A stretch of 64,000 nucleotides of DNA from Candidatus Bathyarchaeota archaeon (GTDB lineage Archaea; Thermoproteota; Bathyarchaeia; Bathyarchaeales; DTEX01). The notes beneath the pieces are model-generated. The model was not told the DNA's origin and ran no database searches. It saw only the letters and a list, made by a program, of their open reading frames with translations. The position numbers and the translations under genes are program-made. Below, piece by piece: positions 35,766 through 44,874 of this stretch (its first letter is position 1; each line of letters opens with the position of its first letter). The stretch is taken from the NCBI GenBank assembly GCA_018397065.1, contig JAGTRI010000001.1:67994-131993 (forward strand), read 5' to 3'.

Positions 35766-36998
35766 CTAGCTCTGTTTTCTCGTTTTAAAAACTATTACAG
35801 CAACAATGACCGCTATGGCTGCGACGATGATGCCAATCTGCCATAATGGAATACCTGTTTCAGCTACTGGAGCCTTTTCGTATTCAATTGTTAAGGTCGT
35901 GTCTTTAACAAGCGTTATAGTTCTTTCGGTATTAGTTGATTCGTCGCTCCAACGTTTAAAAATATAGGTTATGCCGTTTACCGTAATTTCTTTTTGGACT
36001 GAGATCTTGTGGTTTCCTTCATCTAGTGCCGCGCAGTACGGTGTTGATTGACTCTGCCCATTTATATTGAATGAGACTCCTACAATGGGAGTCGACTCAA
36101 CTGATAGAACATGTGTTGGCGGTGGAGGAGATCCAATTGTGAAATTAGCTTCATAGGTATCCCAGTTACCTGCAAAATCACAAGCTTTAATCACTAAATG
36201 CAATAAAGTGCCACTAGGCTGACCTGGGATATTAGCTAAGTATTCCACGGTTGGGTAATCAAGAATCATCCTATCTTTATCGACTTTAAGAAAGTTCACA
36301 TTCGGTATTTCTAGGGCTGTTTCTTCTCTATTGATGGTGTAAGAAGCTTCGACTGTTTTTACACCCCATTCGGCATCTGACGCCTCGATTAAGAATAAAA
36401 TAGGCGTCTCTTCCTTGATTTCTCCTTGAACTTCAACATTTATTGTAGGGTCTTCTGTGTCGCTAGTTGCAGCCAAGGTGATGAACAAGCTGCTTCGGGG
36501 AGGAACATCTATATGGGCAATGAAGTGGTGCCCATTAACGTTCGTGAACGTTTCATAACTGTCAGGTTGACTTAGATAGAAATCATAGTCGTCAATGCCA
36601 TATGTCGAGTTTACTACAAATTCAAGTCTGGCATCAGTTAATTCCTGAATTTGATTGTTAATGACTGCGGCTGAAACCGCGGACTTTGTTCCATCATTTG
36701 CTTGACTGTAATAATAGATAACATTTCCGACAGGTATGTAGTTCATGTCGTCAGATAGGTCTGCCATTGTGTTAGCATCGAACTTAAGGTTGCCTTTATT
36801 GTCAATCCAGATAAGTTTGTATCCAGGAAATCCTCCCTCACGTAAACTTCCACCGCAAGGTCCCGTTGTAACAAAATAATGTCTACCATTGTAAGCATAG
36901 AATACGTTTTGGTGCACATGACCTGCCAATATAAGCCTAACATCGTATTCCTCAACCAGCCTGAGAAACACGCGGGTCTCATTAAGGTTGTTCTTCAC
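35766..36998 (-). pseudogene. 5'-truncated metallophosphoesterase-domain surface protein with C-terminal TM anchor
   Basis: The ORF begins only about 25 aa before the last calcineurin-like motif, 'LILAGHVHQN'. The upstream DxH / GDxxDR / GNHE motifs and any signal peptide are absent, and an in-frame TAA lies 5 codons upstream of the GTG. The C-terminus has Ig-like repeats and a 'IGIIVAAIAVIVAVIVF' anchor. Confidence 0.55.
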
Positions 36999-37040
36999 GC
37001 TAAAGGAGCCTTACAGGCTGGCCGTCAATTACAGGCAATA

Positions 37041-38024
37041 ATGAGGAACATAACCTGGATAAATTGGGTTCTAGTGATCGGTGAACTAACTGCAAGCGAC
37101 CTTGCAGACGCAAAGATGCTAATAACTGTGAGAGTAGATGCAGCTCTTAATTATACTGCCTCTGAGCTCGAAGCAATTGGTCAATGGTTCTCAACTGGCG
37201 GAAAAGCAATCTGGATAGCAGGAGACAGCGACTATCCAAGTGATAATGGCAGAATCTTAAGCGGTAACGCGTTACTTGAATGTCTTGGCAGCGTCTTAAG
37301 GTTTGAGAGCTGTGAAACGGTGGATCCAGAGACAAATGCTGGAGCTGATTACCGTGTCTACGGAGTTCCCGATAACTGCGCACCCGAACTTAGCTTCCTT
37401 GTGCAAGGAGTTAATTACGCCCTCTTCCACGGTCCAGGTCTAATAGTTGGCTATTATGATGGAGAGTACCATAAGCTCGAAACGGAAAGACCTTCAAACA
37501 TTTATTTAATAATGACGTCGAGCCCAACGGGAACAACGGCAGAATTTACTGAACCTGTCGCCCAAGTTCATGAGGTTGGAGAAACAGGAGAGTTTCCACT
37601 GCTTGTAATGGAAATTGACTATGCTAAGAAAAATATTGTAATAGCCTCTGCAGATGGACCCTTCGACCATTATACTGGCATGTACATGCCAGAGCTTTAT
37701 GGAATTCAAAGATATTCCATAGACTATCCGCAACAAGGAGCCGTCCTGTTTAAGAACATTGTTGATTTTGTTCTATTGTTTGCCGACACCATGATAACAC
37801 GACACAACCAAATAACAACGATGCAAGGTCAAATCTCGACGTTGCAGGGGCAAATATTGACACTTCAAGGGCAAGTGTACGCTTTGCAAGGTGAAGTTGA
37901 TAATCTAGAAAGCCAACTTAAGGCGACTCAAGGCAGCGTTACAATGTGGCAGGGCATTGCCATAGCATTGCTTGTTGTCGGGTTAGCCGTTGGCTTTGCT
38001 GTAAAAAGCTTGATGAAAAAATAA
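37041..38024 (+). CDS. C-terminally anchored surface-type protein (DUF4350-like core, heptad stalk), probably 5'-truncated
   Basis: 'ELEAIGQWFSTGGKAIWIAGDSD' core, a six-heptad stalk and a TM anchor 'IAIALLVVGLAVGFAV'. No signal peptide. The ORF-track start at 36879 overlaps the antisense gene, so the ATG at 37041 was taken as the earliest plausible start. Confidence 0.45.
   Translation: MRNITWINWVLVIGELTASDLADAKMLITVRVDAALNYTASELEAIGQWFSTGGKAIWIAGDSDYPSDNGRILSGNALLECLGSVLRFESCETVDPETNAGADYRVYGVPDNCAPELSFLVQGVNYALFHGPGLIVGYYDGEYHKLETERPSNIYLIMTSSPTGTTAEFTEPVAQVHEVGETGEFPLLVMEIDYAKKNIVIASADGPFDHYTGMYMPELYGIQRYSIDYPQQGAVLFKNIVDFVLLFADTMITRHNQITTMQGQISTLQGQILTLQGQVYALQGEVDNLESQLKATQGSVTMWQGIAIALLVVGLAVGFAVKSLMKK
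37818..37943 (+). repeat. six tandem 21-bp (heptad) repeats inside the CDS
   Basis: TMQGQIS / TLQGQIL / TLQGQVY / ALQGEVD / NLESQLK / ATQGSVT, read in frame directly before the TM anchor. Confidence 0.75.
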
Positions 38025-38230
38025 TCACCTTATTCTCTCCTTTTTTATTTTTTATATACTAGTTAACAAGGAAATTTGTCTGTTGTTTTTAATAATCTAA
38101 TTTGTGTTCTTAATGGCTTTTTTGAGAAAAACTGTTAGGCTTTTTGTATTGTCTTTATTTGTTTTTCTTTAAAGACCATGAGATTTTTGTCTCAATGGAA
38201 TCTTAGGGCTTATTTGGATGTTTGATTTAT

Positions 38231-38911
38231 TTATAAAATTTCAAAGAGTTGACTTAAGCTTCTAATTAGGAAGTCTGGATTTTGCCGTTTTAATTTCCAG
38301 CATGGATGATACCCCTCCTTTCGACATATTCCAATAGTGAAAACACCCGCCCTTTTACCTGCAATTATGTCTTCCTCCATGTCTCCGACGTATGCTGAGC
38401 TCATTGGTTTTGCATCAAGTTTTCGCAGCGTAACCAAGATTGGCTGAGGAGACGGTTTCTGTTCTTCGCAATCATCTTGACCTGTAATGGCATTAAAATA
38501 GTTGATTATCCCGAAACTTTTTAAATGCTCCATAAGAAAGTCGCTTGGAATATTTGAGGCAATTGATAATGTGACGCCATTTTGCTGAAGTTTTCTTAGG
38601 GTCCTTTTCACATCTGGAAATATCTTGATGAATTTGCTGTATTTTTGGTACGATTGACGATATGCAGCCTCAAGTTCAGGAATTACCTTGTCAGGGACTC
38701 CCATTGATCGGTGATACTCAATGATTGGCATCTTAAATGATTCTTTAAAAATCTTTATGCTGCTGATGTTTCTTATTCCACAAGACTCGTACGCCTCGGA
38801 ATCAGCCTTCCAAACCGTATATAAGTCGTTAAGAAGAACGCCACTTACATCGAATATTAGTGTATTTATTTGAGGACTGCTTTTTCCTTGCATACTAACT
38901 TTTGTTGTCAA
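38231..38911 (-). CDS. HAD-superfamily hydrolase with non-canonical motif I
   Basis: Motif I 'LIFDVSGVL' (Ser where phosphatases have the second Asp), motif II 'SIASN' and motif IV 'VGDMEEDIIAGKRAG'. Confidence 0.7.
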   Translation of the reverse strand: MTTKVSMQGKSSPQINTLIFDVSGVLLNDLYTVWKADSEAYESCGIRNISSIKIFKESFKMPIIEYHRSMGVPDKVIPELEAAYRQSYQKYSKFIKIFPDVKRTLRKLQQNGVTLSIASNIPSDFLMEHLKSFGIINYFNAITGQDDCEEQKPSPQPILVTLRKLDAKPMSSAYVGDMEEDIIAGKRAGVFTIGICRKEGYHPCWKLKRQNPDFLIRSLSQLFEIL

Positions 38912-38956
38912 AGCGAATTCTCCAGTTACCTAAAAACTAAGTAATAAAGCTGAACT

Positions 38957-40183
38957 CTAATTTTTAACGGTTAAAAGATAGTTCACCATGCCTTCATCCA
39001 AGTCAAACCATCGGGATAGCCCTTTCTTCCATCCGTCATTAGATTGGAAGATTACACGTAGATATGGAATTACCTCTTTTATAGCACGTGTTGCTGATAT
39101 GTGGCATCTTTTTCCTATTTTCAATCCAATTGCTGTTAATATCTCCCTTTCTGCTCTGGACTGCGACATAGACATGATACGGGTGGGAAACTTGAACGGA
39201 ACCCAGCCTGAAGACTTGTGGCTCCATGAAACTGCAACGCCCACCGTCATGAAATCTATACAATATCGTATAAGCTCCCAATTCTGCGTAGAACCTATTC
39301 TTCCACGATACAAATCTGCAATTGCAAGCATCTCCATGACTGCAGATAATTCCTTAGGATTCTTAATTTGGTAGGGCGCATTTTCGTAAATCCACTCAAA
39401 AAGCATGTCTAAATCCACGTCTGCAGCCTCCACCGCTCTTCTAGCGTCTAAACTACTTCTGGCGTAAAAAATGTCGCTAAGCACTTTAAATATGGCGTCT
39501 TTTCGGTCTCTTGTTGAAAGCCAGCTGACATCTTCGTAAGTTAGCCTTTTTTTGCCTTGAGACAACGCCTGTAAGTCGTTAATTGCCGACCTCAAGTCGC
39601 CGCTGGCTCTTTCAGCAATAAGCTTTAAAGCTTCAACCTCAGCTTCAATGCCTTCGCGGCTGCAGATTTTTTTAAGAAGTGCTTCTATTTCTGTTCTTGT
39701 AGGCTTCTTAAATTCCACTAGCTGGCAATGTTCCCTTAGTGTTGAGAATCGGGGATCATATGCGTTGTTTGCCGTCAGCACTATTGGTGAATTTGTAATT
39801 TTGATGACTTCCGTTATTTCACGTAGTCCTCCACGATCCGCAGTGCCAGCTATGCCATCCAACTCGTCGAAAAGAATAAGCCTTTTTTTCCCAAACAAAG
39901 TCGTGTACTGGCTAGCTATGCCAGCAAATTTTTGGACAGCTTCAGCTGTTCGGTAGTTGCTTGCGTTGTTTTGAACAAGCTCCATGGCAAGATCGTTGGC
40001 TAAGGCCTCTGCTGCAACGGTTTTTCCAGTTCCCGGTGGACCGTACATAAAAAGTGCTCTCTTTCTTGGGGGATTCTTGTCCCATTCCCGAATCCACTTC
40101 AACATTGCATCCTTTGCTTCTTTATTTCCAACAACCTCATCTAAAGTCTTGGGCTTATACTTTATGGTCCACGGGACGTTCAA
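38957..40183 (-). CDS. rfcL: replication factor C large subunit
   Basis: 'WTIKYKPKTLDEVVGN', Walker A 'YGPPGTGKT' and Walker B 'LILFDELDGI'. Directly downstream of rfcS with a 2-nt gap. Confidence 0.85.
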   Translation of the reverse strand: MNVPWTIKYKPKTLDEVVGNKEAKDAMLKWIREWDKNPPRKRALFMYGPPGTGKTVAAEALANDLAMELVQNNASNYRTAEAVQKFAGIASQYTTLFGKKRLILFDELDGIAGTADRGGLREITEVIKITNSPIVLTANNAYDPRFSTLREHCQLVEFKKPTRTEIEALLKKICSREGIEAEVEALKLIAERASGDLRSAINDLQALSQGKKRLTYEDVSWLSTRDRKDAIFKVLSDIFYARSSLDARRAVEAADVDLDMLFEWIYENAPYQIKNPKELSAVMEMLAIADLYRGRIGSTQNWELIRYCIDFMTVGVAVSWSHKSSGWVPFKFPTRIMSMSQSRAEREILTAIGLKIGKRCHISATRAIKEVIPYLRVIFQSNDGWKKGLSRWFDLDEGMVNYLLTVKN

Positions 40184-40185
40184 TT

Positions 40186-41166
40186 TTATTGTCCTCTTTT
40201 AATTTCAGCTCCTGCTTCAACCAGCTTTGCTAATAAAGCGCTAAGTTGGATTTCCTCATTTGAGCCTTGTAACAGGCGAAAGTCCACTTCGCCTATAATG
40301 TCCGCAAGTTTAACTTTCCATTTATCTGGAACATTTAGCTTGAAAGTTTCGCTGTGGATTTGCCCTATGATGTCAGTTCCAGCTAACCCATATTTGAGGA
40401 GCATATCTCTGAGTTTTTTTCTTGCTTCAATAAAATCGCCGTTCAACGCTGTCAGAAGCATCCCTTGTACATCAGCTGGGTTTGCTCTGCCAACAACGGA
40501 GTAAACAGTTTCTTCGTTTATGGGTTTACCAACTGAGGCTGCTGTTTGAAGGATGTTTGTCGCGCGTCTTAGGTCTCCGCCACTAATTTCTAAAATAGCC
40601 TCAAGCCCATCATCTTCAATTGTCAATTTCTCATTTTCAGCAATTCGTCTTATCCAGTTTATCGCGTGTTCCCTAGGAAGGTACGTGAACCTGAAGGGCG
40701 CGCACCTTGATTGGATCGGTTCAATTATTTTTCCGCTGTAGTTTGCTATGAGGATAAACCTTGCAGTTTCTGTGTAACGCTCCATTGTCCGTCTTAGGGC
40801 TTGTTGAGCGTCGCTAGTCATGTTGTCCGCCTCGTCTAAAATGAGGATTTTAAAGCTAACTTCACCTATGGACTTTGTTCTTGCAAAAGTTTTCACGGTT
40901 TCTCTAACTACGTTTATTCCTCTTTCGTCGCTGGCGTTCAATTCCATCACGTATTCTCGGTAACCCGGTCCGTACAAATCTTGGGCGAGACACAACGCAG
41001 CTGTAGTCTTTCCTGTTCCCGGCGGTCCAGCGAAAATGCAGTGAGGAACGTTTTTGGCTTTAACGAAACTTTTTAGTCTGTTGACAATTTCCTCCTGGTC
41101 GACAATGTCGTTTAGTGAGCGGGGACGGTATTTTTCAGTCCACATTTCGTAACTCAACTTATGCAC
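40186..41166 (-). CDS. rfcS: replication factor C small subunit
   Basis: 'WTEKYRPRSLNDIV', 'FAGPPGTGKTT', 'ILDEADNMT' and 'IQSRCAPFRF'. No intein. Confidence 0.92.
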   Translation of the reverse strand: MHKLSYEMWTEKYRPRSLNDIVDQEEIVNRLKSFVKAKNVPHCIFAGPPGTGKTTAALCLAQDLYGPGYREYVMELNASDERGINVVRETVKTFARTKSIGEVSFKILILDEADNMTSDAQQALRRTMERYTETARFILIANYSGKIIEPIQSRCAPFRFTYLPREHAINWIRRIAENEKLTIEDDGLEAILEISGGDLRRATNILQTAASVGKPINEETVYSVVGRANPADVQGMLLTALNGDFIEARKKLRDMLLKYGLAGTDIIGQIHSETFKLNVPDKWKVKLADIIGEVDFRLLQGSNEEIQLSALLAKLVEAGAEIKRGQ

Positions 41167-41298
41167 CCTGATTTTTGTTGTCTAAAGTAAGATATGCTGA
41201 AGGAAACTATTAAGTCTTAGATTTTTGTTAGGAGTTGTGTTCAAAAAAGATAAATTAATAACGGGGTTATATAATCATGTTATTGAGGAGGTATAATT

Positions 41299-41847
41299 AT
41301 GAGCGAATACGCAGTCATTGTTATCGACATGCTTAACGATTTTGTAACTGGAAATTTAAAGTGCGAAAGAGCTCAAAACATAATTCCAAACATAAAAAAG
41401 CTAATCGAAGCAGCACGCAAATACAACGTAACTGTTATTTACAGCAATGATGCCCATTATCCTCAAGACCACGAGGTAGTCGAAAAATGGGGAAGCCACG
41501 CCATCAAAGGAACAAAAGGAGCAGAGGTAATTCCTGAACTGAAACCAACAACTAAGGATTATATTGTTGAAAAAAGAACCTACAGTGGCTTTTACGAAAC
41601 AGGCTTAGATCCTCTCTTAAGAAGTTTAGGAGTGAAAACAGTCATTCTAACGGGTTTACACACAAACATGTGCGTTAGGCACACGGCTGCTGACGCCTTT
41701 TTTAGGGGCTATAAAATCATCGTAGCTAAAGACGGTGTAGAAGCCTTCACTCAAGAAGATCAGGACAGTGGGCTAAAGTATCTTGAGTACGTTTATAATG
41801 CCAAATTGGAGCTTACATCCAACATCATCAAAGAATTCAGTAAATGA
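41299..41847 (+). CDS. isochorismatase-family cysteine hydrolase (nicotinamidase-like)
   Basis: 'VIVIDMLNDF', 'KRTYSGF' and 'LTGLHTNMCVRHTAADA' (catalytic Cys region). Confidence 0.85.
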   Translation: MSEYAVIVIDMLNDFVTGNLKCERAQNIIPNIKKLIEAARKYNVTVIYSNDAHYPQDHEVVEKWGSHAIKGTKGAEVIPELKPTTKDYIVEKRTYSGFYETGLDPLLRSLGVKTVILTGLHTNMCVRHTAADAFFRGYKIIVAKDGVEAFTQEDQDSGLKYLEYVYNAKLELTSNIIKEFSK

Positions 41848-42087
41848 CAAAAAATCATTAAACGCAGAGGATTTTTCGTTAAATTTTTTCTATTTTAATG
41901 TTAGATTAGCTTCCGTTTTCGTCCTTTTTCATAGCCCAATGTAAATTTCTTATGAATTTTTCTTGAAGCAAACAATCTTCTCTTTATTCTCTAGATTTTC
42001 GAAAGAGAAGGGTATGCCATATATCTTTGAGTCGAATCTATTTACGCTGTTCATAATTCTTATTAGAGCGTAACAGCAGTTGTTTTT

Positions 42088-43236
42088 TTGTTGAGTAAAT
42101 CGCGTGTGGTACAAGGGATGGTTCAAAGCCTACGTAGCTCACTGATTGTGCTATTGATTTTGGTTTTGTCCTCATCTACGTCAGTATCTACTGCCACTGT
42201 TGAAGAGTTCAGCGTTGAATCCACCAGTCTAACAGTCTACCGAGATGGCTTAGTTCATGTTGCGCAAACCATAGTAGTTAACGAGACAGTTCCATATTTT
42301 ACGCTAACCCTATTTTCCAATCTAGTTGAGAATTTATTGGTTACCGATGAAAATCAAACGATCTTGGACTATGAAATGGTTGGGCAAAATATAACCATTT
42401 TCAGCTTAGGGTGCCAAAACGTCTTCTTAGAATATGATACTGTAGCATTGACTGGAAAAGAAGCTGAAGTTTGGACTATCGCTTTCTGGACTCCATATAA
42501 TCTCACCTTGGCGCTGCCACTAAACTCAGTACTAATGGACTTCAACGATATTCCAGAGTCAATCAAAATTTATGATGGAAAAATTCAGCTAGCATTGCTT
42601 TCAGGATTCTGGGAAATTAGTTATGTCGTTTTAATTGCTAAGCCACCAAAATTTGTGGTAAGTAATCTTGCTTCAAATCCAGATAAGGTCTATGTGGGAG
42701 AAAAAGTCACAGTTTCGGTTTTAGTCACAAATGTTGGCGATGAAACAGGTTCATATACTGTGTCACTGAAAATCGGGCAATCAGTTGAGGATAGTAAAAC
42801 AGTTACGCTTAAAGGCGGACAGTCTACAACCGTGACTTTCGACGTGACCAAAAGTTTTCCTGGAATTTATACTGTTATAGTTGGAGACCTAACATCGGAA
42901 TTTACAGTATTAGCCTCACCAACATTTCCATTTCTAGAACTTACTGCAGCTCTTGTTGTTTCAGCTGGAATTGTTCTGCTCTTCCTTCTAAGAAGACCTA
43001 GGCGACCAAATGTTAAGAAAATTTTTAGATCCAATCCATACCTAAGAGACGAAGACAAAAAAGTAATAATGTTCATTGCTGAGAAAGGGGGAAAAGCATT
43101 CGAGGCTGAGATTAGGTCTCATTTTTCCGACATGCCTAGAACAAGTCTCTGGAGACTAATTAAGAGGCTTGAGAAATTTGACATAGTCAAAGTGAGAAGA
43201 GTTGGGCTTGAAAATCAAGTTGAACTTAAAAAATAA
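42088..43236 (+). CDS. membrane-anchored regulator: extracellular domain with CARDB-like module, one TM helix, cytoplasmic winged-helix domain
   Basis: Signal-like 'LIVLLILVLSSSTSVS'. CARDB-like 'VGEKVTVSVLVTNVGDETGSYTVSLK'. TM 'LTAALVVSAGIVLLFLL'. C-terminal wHTH 'KKVIMFIAEKGGKAFEAEIRSHFSDMPRTSLWRLIKRLEKFDIV'. The start is more likely at M11 (42118). Confidence 0.6.
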   Translation: MLSKSRVVQGMVQSLRSSLIVLLILVLSSSTSVSTATVEEFSVESTSLTVYRDGLVHVAQTIVVNETVPYFTLTLFSNLVENLLVTDENQTILDYEMVGQNITIFSLGCQNVFLEYDTVALTGKEAEVWTIAFWTPYNLTLALPLNSVLMDFNDIPESIKIYDGKIQLALLSGFWEISYVVLIAKPPKFVVSNLASNPDKVYVGEKVTVSVLVTNVGDETGSYTVSLKIGQSVEDSKTVTLKGGQSTTVTFDVTKSFPGIYTVIVGDLTSEFTVLASPTFPFLELTAALVVSAGIVLLFLLRRPRRPNVKKIFRSNPYLRDEDKKVIMFIAEKGGKAFEAEIRSHFSDMPRTSLWRLIKRLEKFDIVKVRRVGLENQVELKK

Positions 43237-43270
43237 AGACAAAAAATAGGGTTTTGGGGTTATTGAGAGT

Positions 43271-44344
43271 TTACGGTTTTCCGCCATGACCGTGGTCGTT
43301 ATAGTTGTTGTTGCCATCACTGTGACCGTTGCCATTACCGTTGTCATTGCTGCCATGCGACTGTTGTCTATGTTTGAAGAATCCAGATAGACCGTGATCA
43401 ACCTCACGGATTGTTTGACCTATTCTGTTCATGTCTTGAATCATGTTTCGAATTAGTTCACCGTCTTGCTTAGCTTCGTCCATCACAGCTTGTAGATGTT
43501 GCATGAGTTGTTCCATGTTTTGGTAGCCCATTTGTCTCAGTATAGCAGTTACATTAAATCCTTGATTTTCAGCCAGTTGCAGCCTTTGCCTAATTCTTTC
43601 CATTGCATTTCTAAGTCCTTCAAGGAAGTTTTGTATTCGGTTTCTCACGGTATTCCTTTCTCGTGCACACTCAGCTAGAAGCCTATACGCTTCTTTAATC
43701 ATATTTTTGGCTTGAGTTAAGTTTGCAACAACGTCTGCGACATTCCCTTCCATCAGCCAAATTTGTGCCGTCTCTATGTTCAGGAAAATTGTGGCGTTAT
43801 CAAGGATCTCCTTGGCTTCCTCAGTAAGGTTTAGTTGTCTTAATTTCTCGATTCTTTCTAAGGTTCGCCTCATTGCCTCTAGAAGTCCCTGTGCGTCGAT
43901 TATTTCGCCTTTCTGAACTCCTGACTCATCAAGAATCAAATGTAAAGCCACGAAAACCTGTTTGAAGACATGTAAAGCTTCGGTGGCATTGTTAACAGCG
44001 CCTTGATAATTAGAGGCGTTAAGTATTTCGTGGGCAGCTGTAAGGTTGCCAACGCCTTGGCTGAACAGAGTTATGTTTCCTTCAAGTTCGTCCATCAGTC
44101 CTGCTTGTTCAATTAAATTCAAAGTTGTTGCATTTGTATATATTAAGTCAATGAAACTTTGAACCTTTTCCTGGGTTTTTTCTGCAAGGGCAACAAGATT
44201 TTCCGCTCTATTTCGTATACTATTATTTTCTGAAACCGGAATAGTTTCTAGATTGTTTGCGTGAATCGTAGTCAAGCTGGGTATAATAGTAAGTAGCATA
44301 ATTGACAAAAGAATTATAGCCACGATTCTTTTTCTCTGCACCAT
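43271..44344 (-). CDS. secreted or anchored all-helical protein with many N-x-S/T sequons and a His/Asn/Gly-rich tail
   Basis: N-terminal signal/anchor 'IVAIILLSIMLLTIIPSL'. Sequons NAT, NIT, NLT, NAS and NVT recur along the protein. Tail 'HGSNDNGNGNGHSDGNNNYNDHGHGG'. Confidence 0.5.
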   Translation of the reverse strand: MVQRKRIVAIILLSIMLLTIIPSLTTIHANNLETIPVSENNSIRNRAENLVALAEKTQEKVQSFIDLIYTNATTLNLIEQAGLMDELEGNITLFSQGVGNLTAAHEILNASNYQGAVNNATEALHVFKQVFVALHLILDESGVQKGEIIDAQGLLEAMRRTLERIEKLRQLNLTEEAKEILDNATIFLNIETAQIWLMEGNVADVVANLTQAKNMIKEAYRLLAECARERNTVRNRIQNFLEGLRNAMERIRQRLQLAENQGFNVTAILRQMGYQNMEQLMQHLQAVMDEAKQDGELIRNMIQDMNRIGQTIREVDHGLSGFFKHRQQSHGSNDNGNGNGHSDGNNNYNDHGHGGKP

Positions 44345-44634
44345 GTTAATTCACCTTTCGATTTTTGTTTTTTTATTGCAACAGCATCCTATGCTTGTTG
44401 TTGAGTTAATTAAAGCATAGAAGGAGCACTTAAGGGACACCGTGAAACAACCGTTTCAAAAAATGAAACAAGTATTACAGCTTCAGTCTTTCAGCTAAAC
44501 TAGATTTCGGCTTTTTAAGGCTTATAAGCATCACAATAAAGAATATTACTAAAAGTTGCTTAACATGTTTTTTATATATTAAAAAAGCATGGCTAATTGA
44601 TAAATAAACGGTGCAAAGAAGAGGGATTGATGTA

Positions 44635-44829
44635 ATGCCAAGTGAAATTTTCGATATAGATGAGTTTGTTCGATTGTCTGAGAAAGCTGAACATTGCCTT
44701 GTAAAAAGAAAAAAAGATTTTGCAAAGCTTAAGCTTAGAACATCAAAAATGCTTTACACTCTTAAGGTTGACATCAAAAAAGCTGATGAAGTCATTAAGA
44801 AACTTAAATGCGAAACAAGAGAAATCTAG
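44635..44829 (+). CDS. rpl38e: ribosomal protein eL38
   Basis: 'MPSEIFDIDEFV...VKRKKDFAKLKLRTSKMLYTLKVD..KADEVIKKL' aligns by eye with eukaryotic L38 ('MPRKIEEIKDFL...VKIKKN..VKFKVRCSRYLYTLVI..KAEKLKQSL'). Start moved to the ATG at 44635, within the GTG-initiated ORF. Confidence 0.75.
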   Translation: MPSEIFDIDEFVRLSEKAEHCLVKRKKDFAKLKLRTSKMLYTLKVDIKKADEVIKKLKCETREI

Positions 44830-44874
44830 CTTTTAGAATATAAAAAAGTCCAAATTTTTCTTTAAAAAGATAAT

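Noticed and set aside
36879-37040. The long 5' extension of the plus-strand surface-protein ORF, which overlaps the minus-strand gene by 120 nt.
   Set aside because: The extension is simply an open antisense frame over the other gene. It has no signal peptide or domain similarity. The earliest plausible start is the ATG at 37041.
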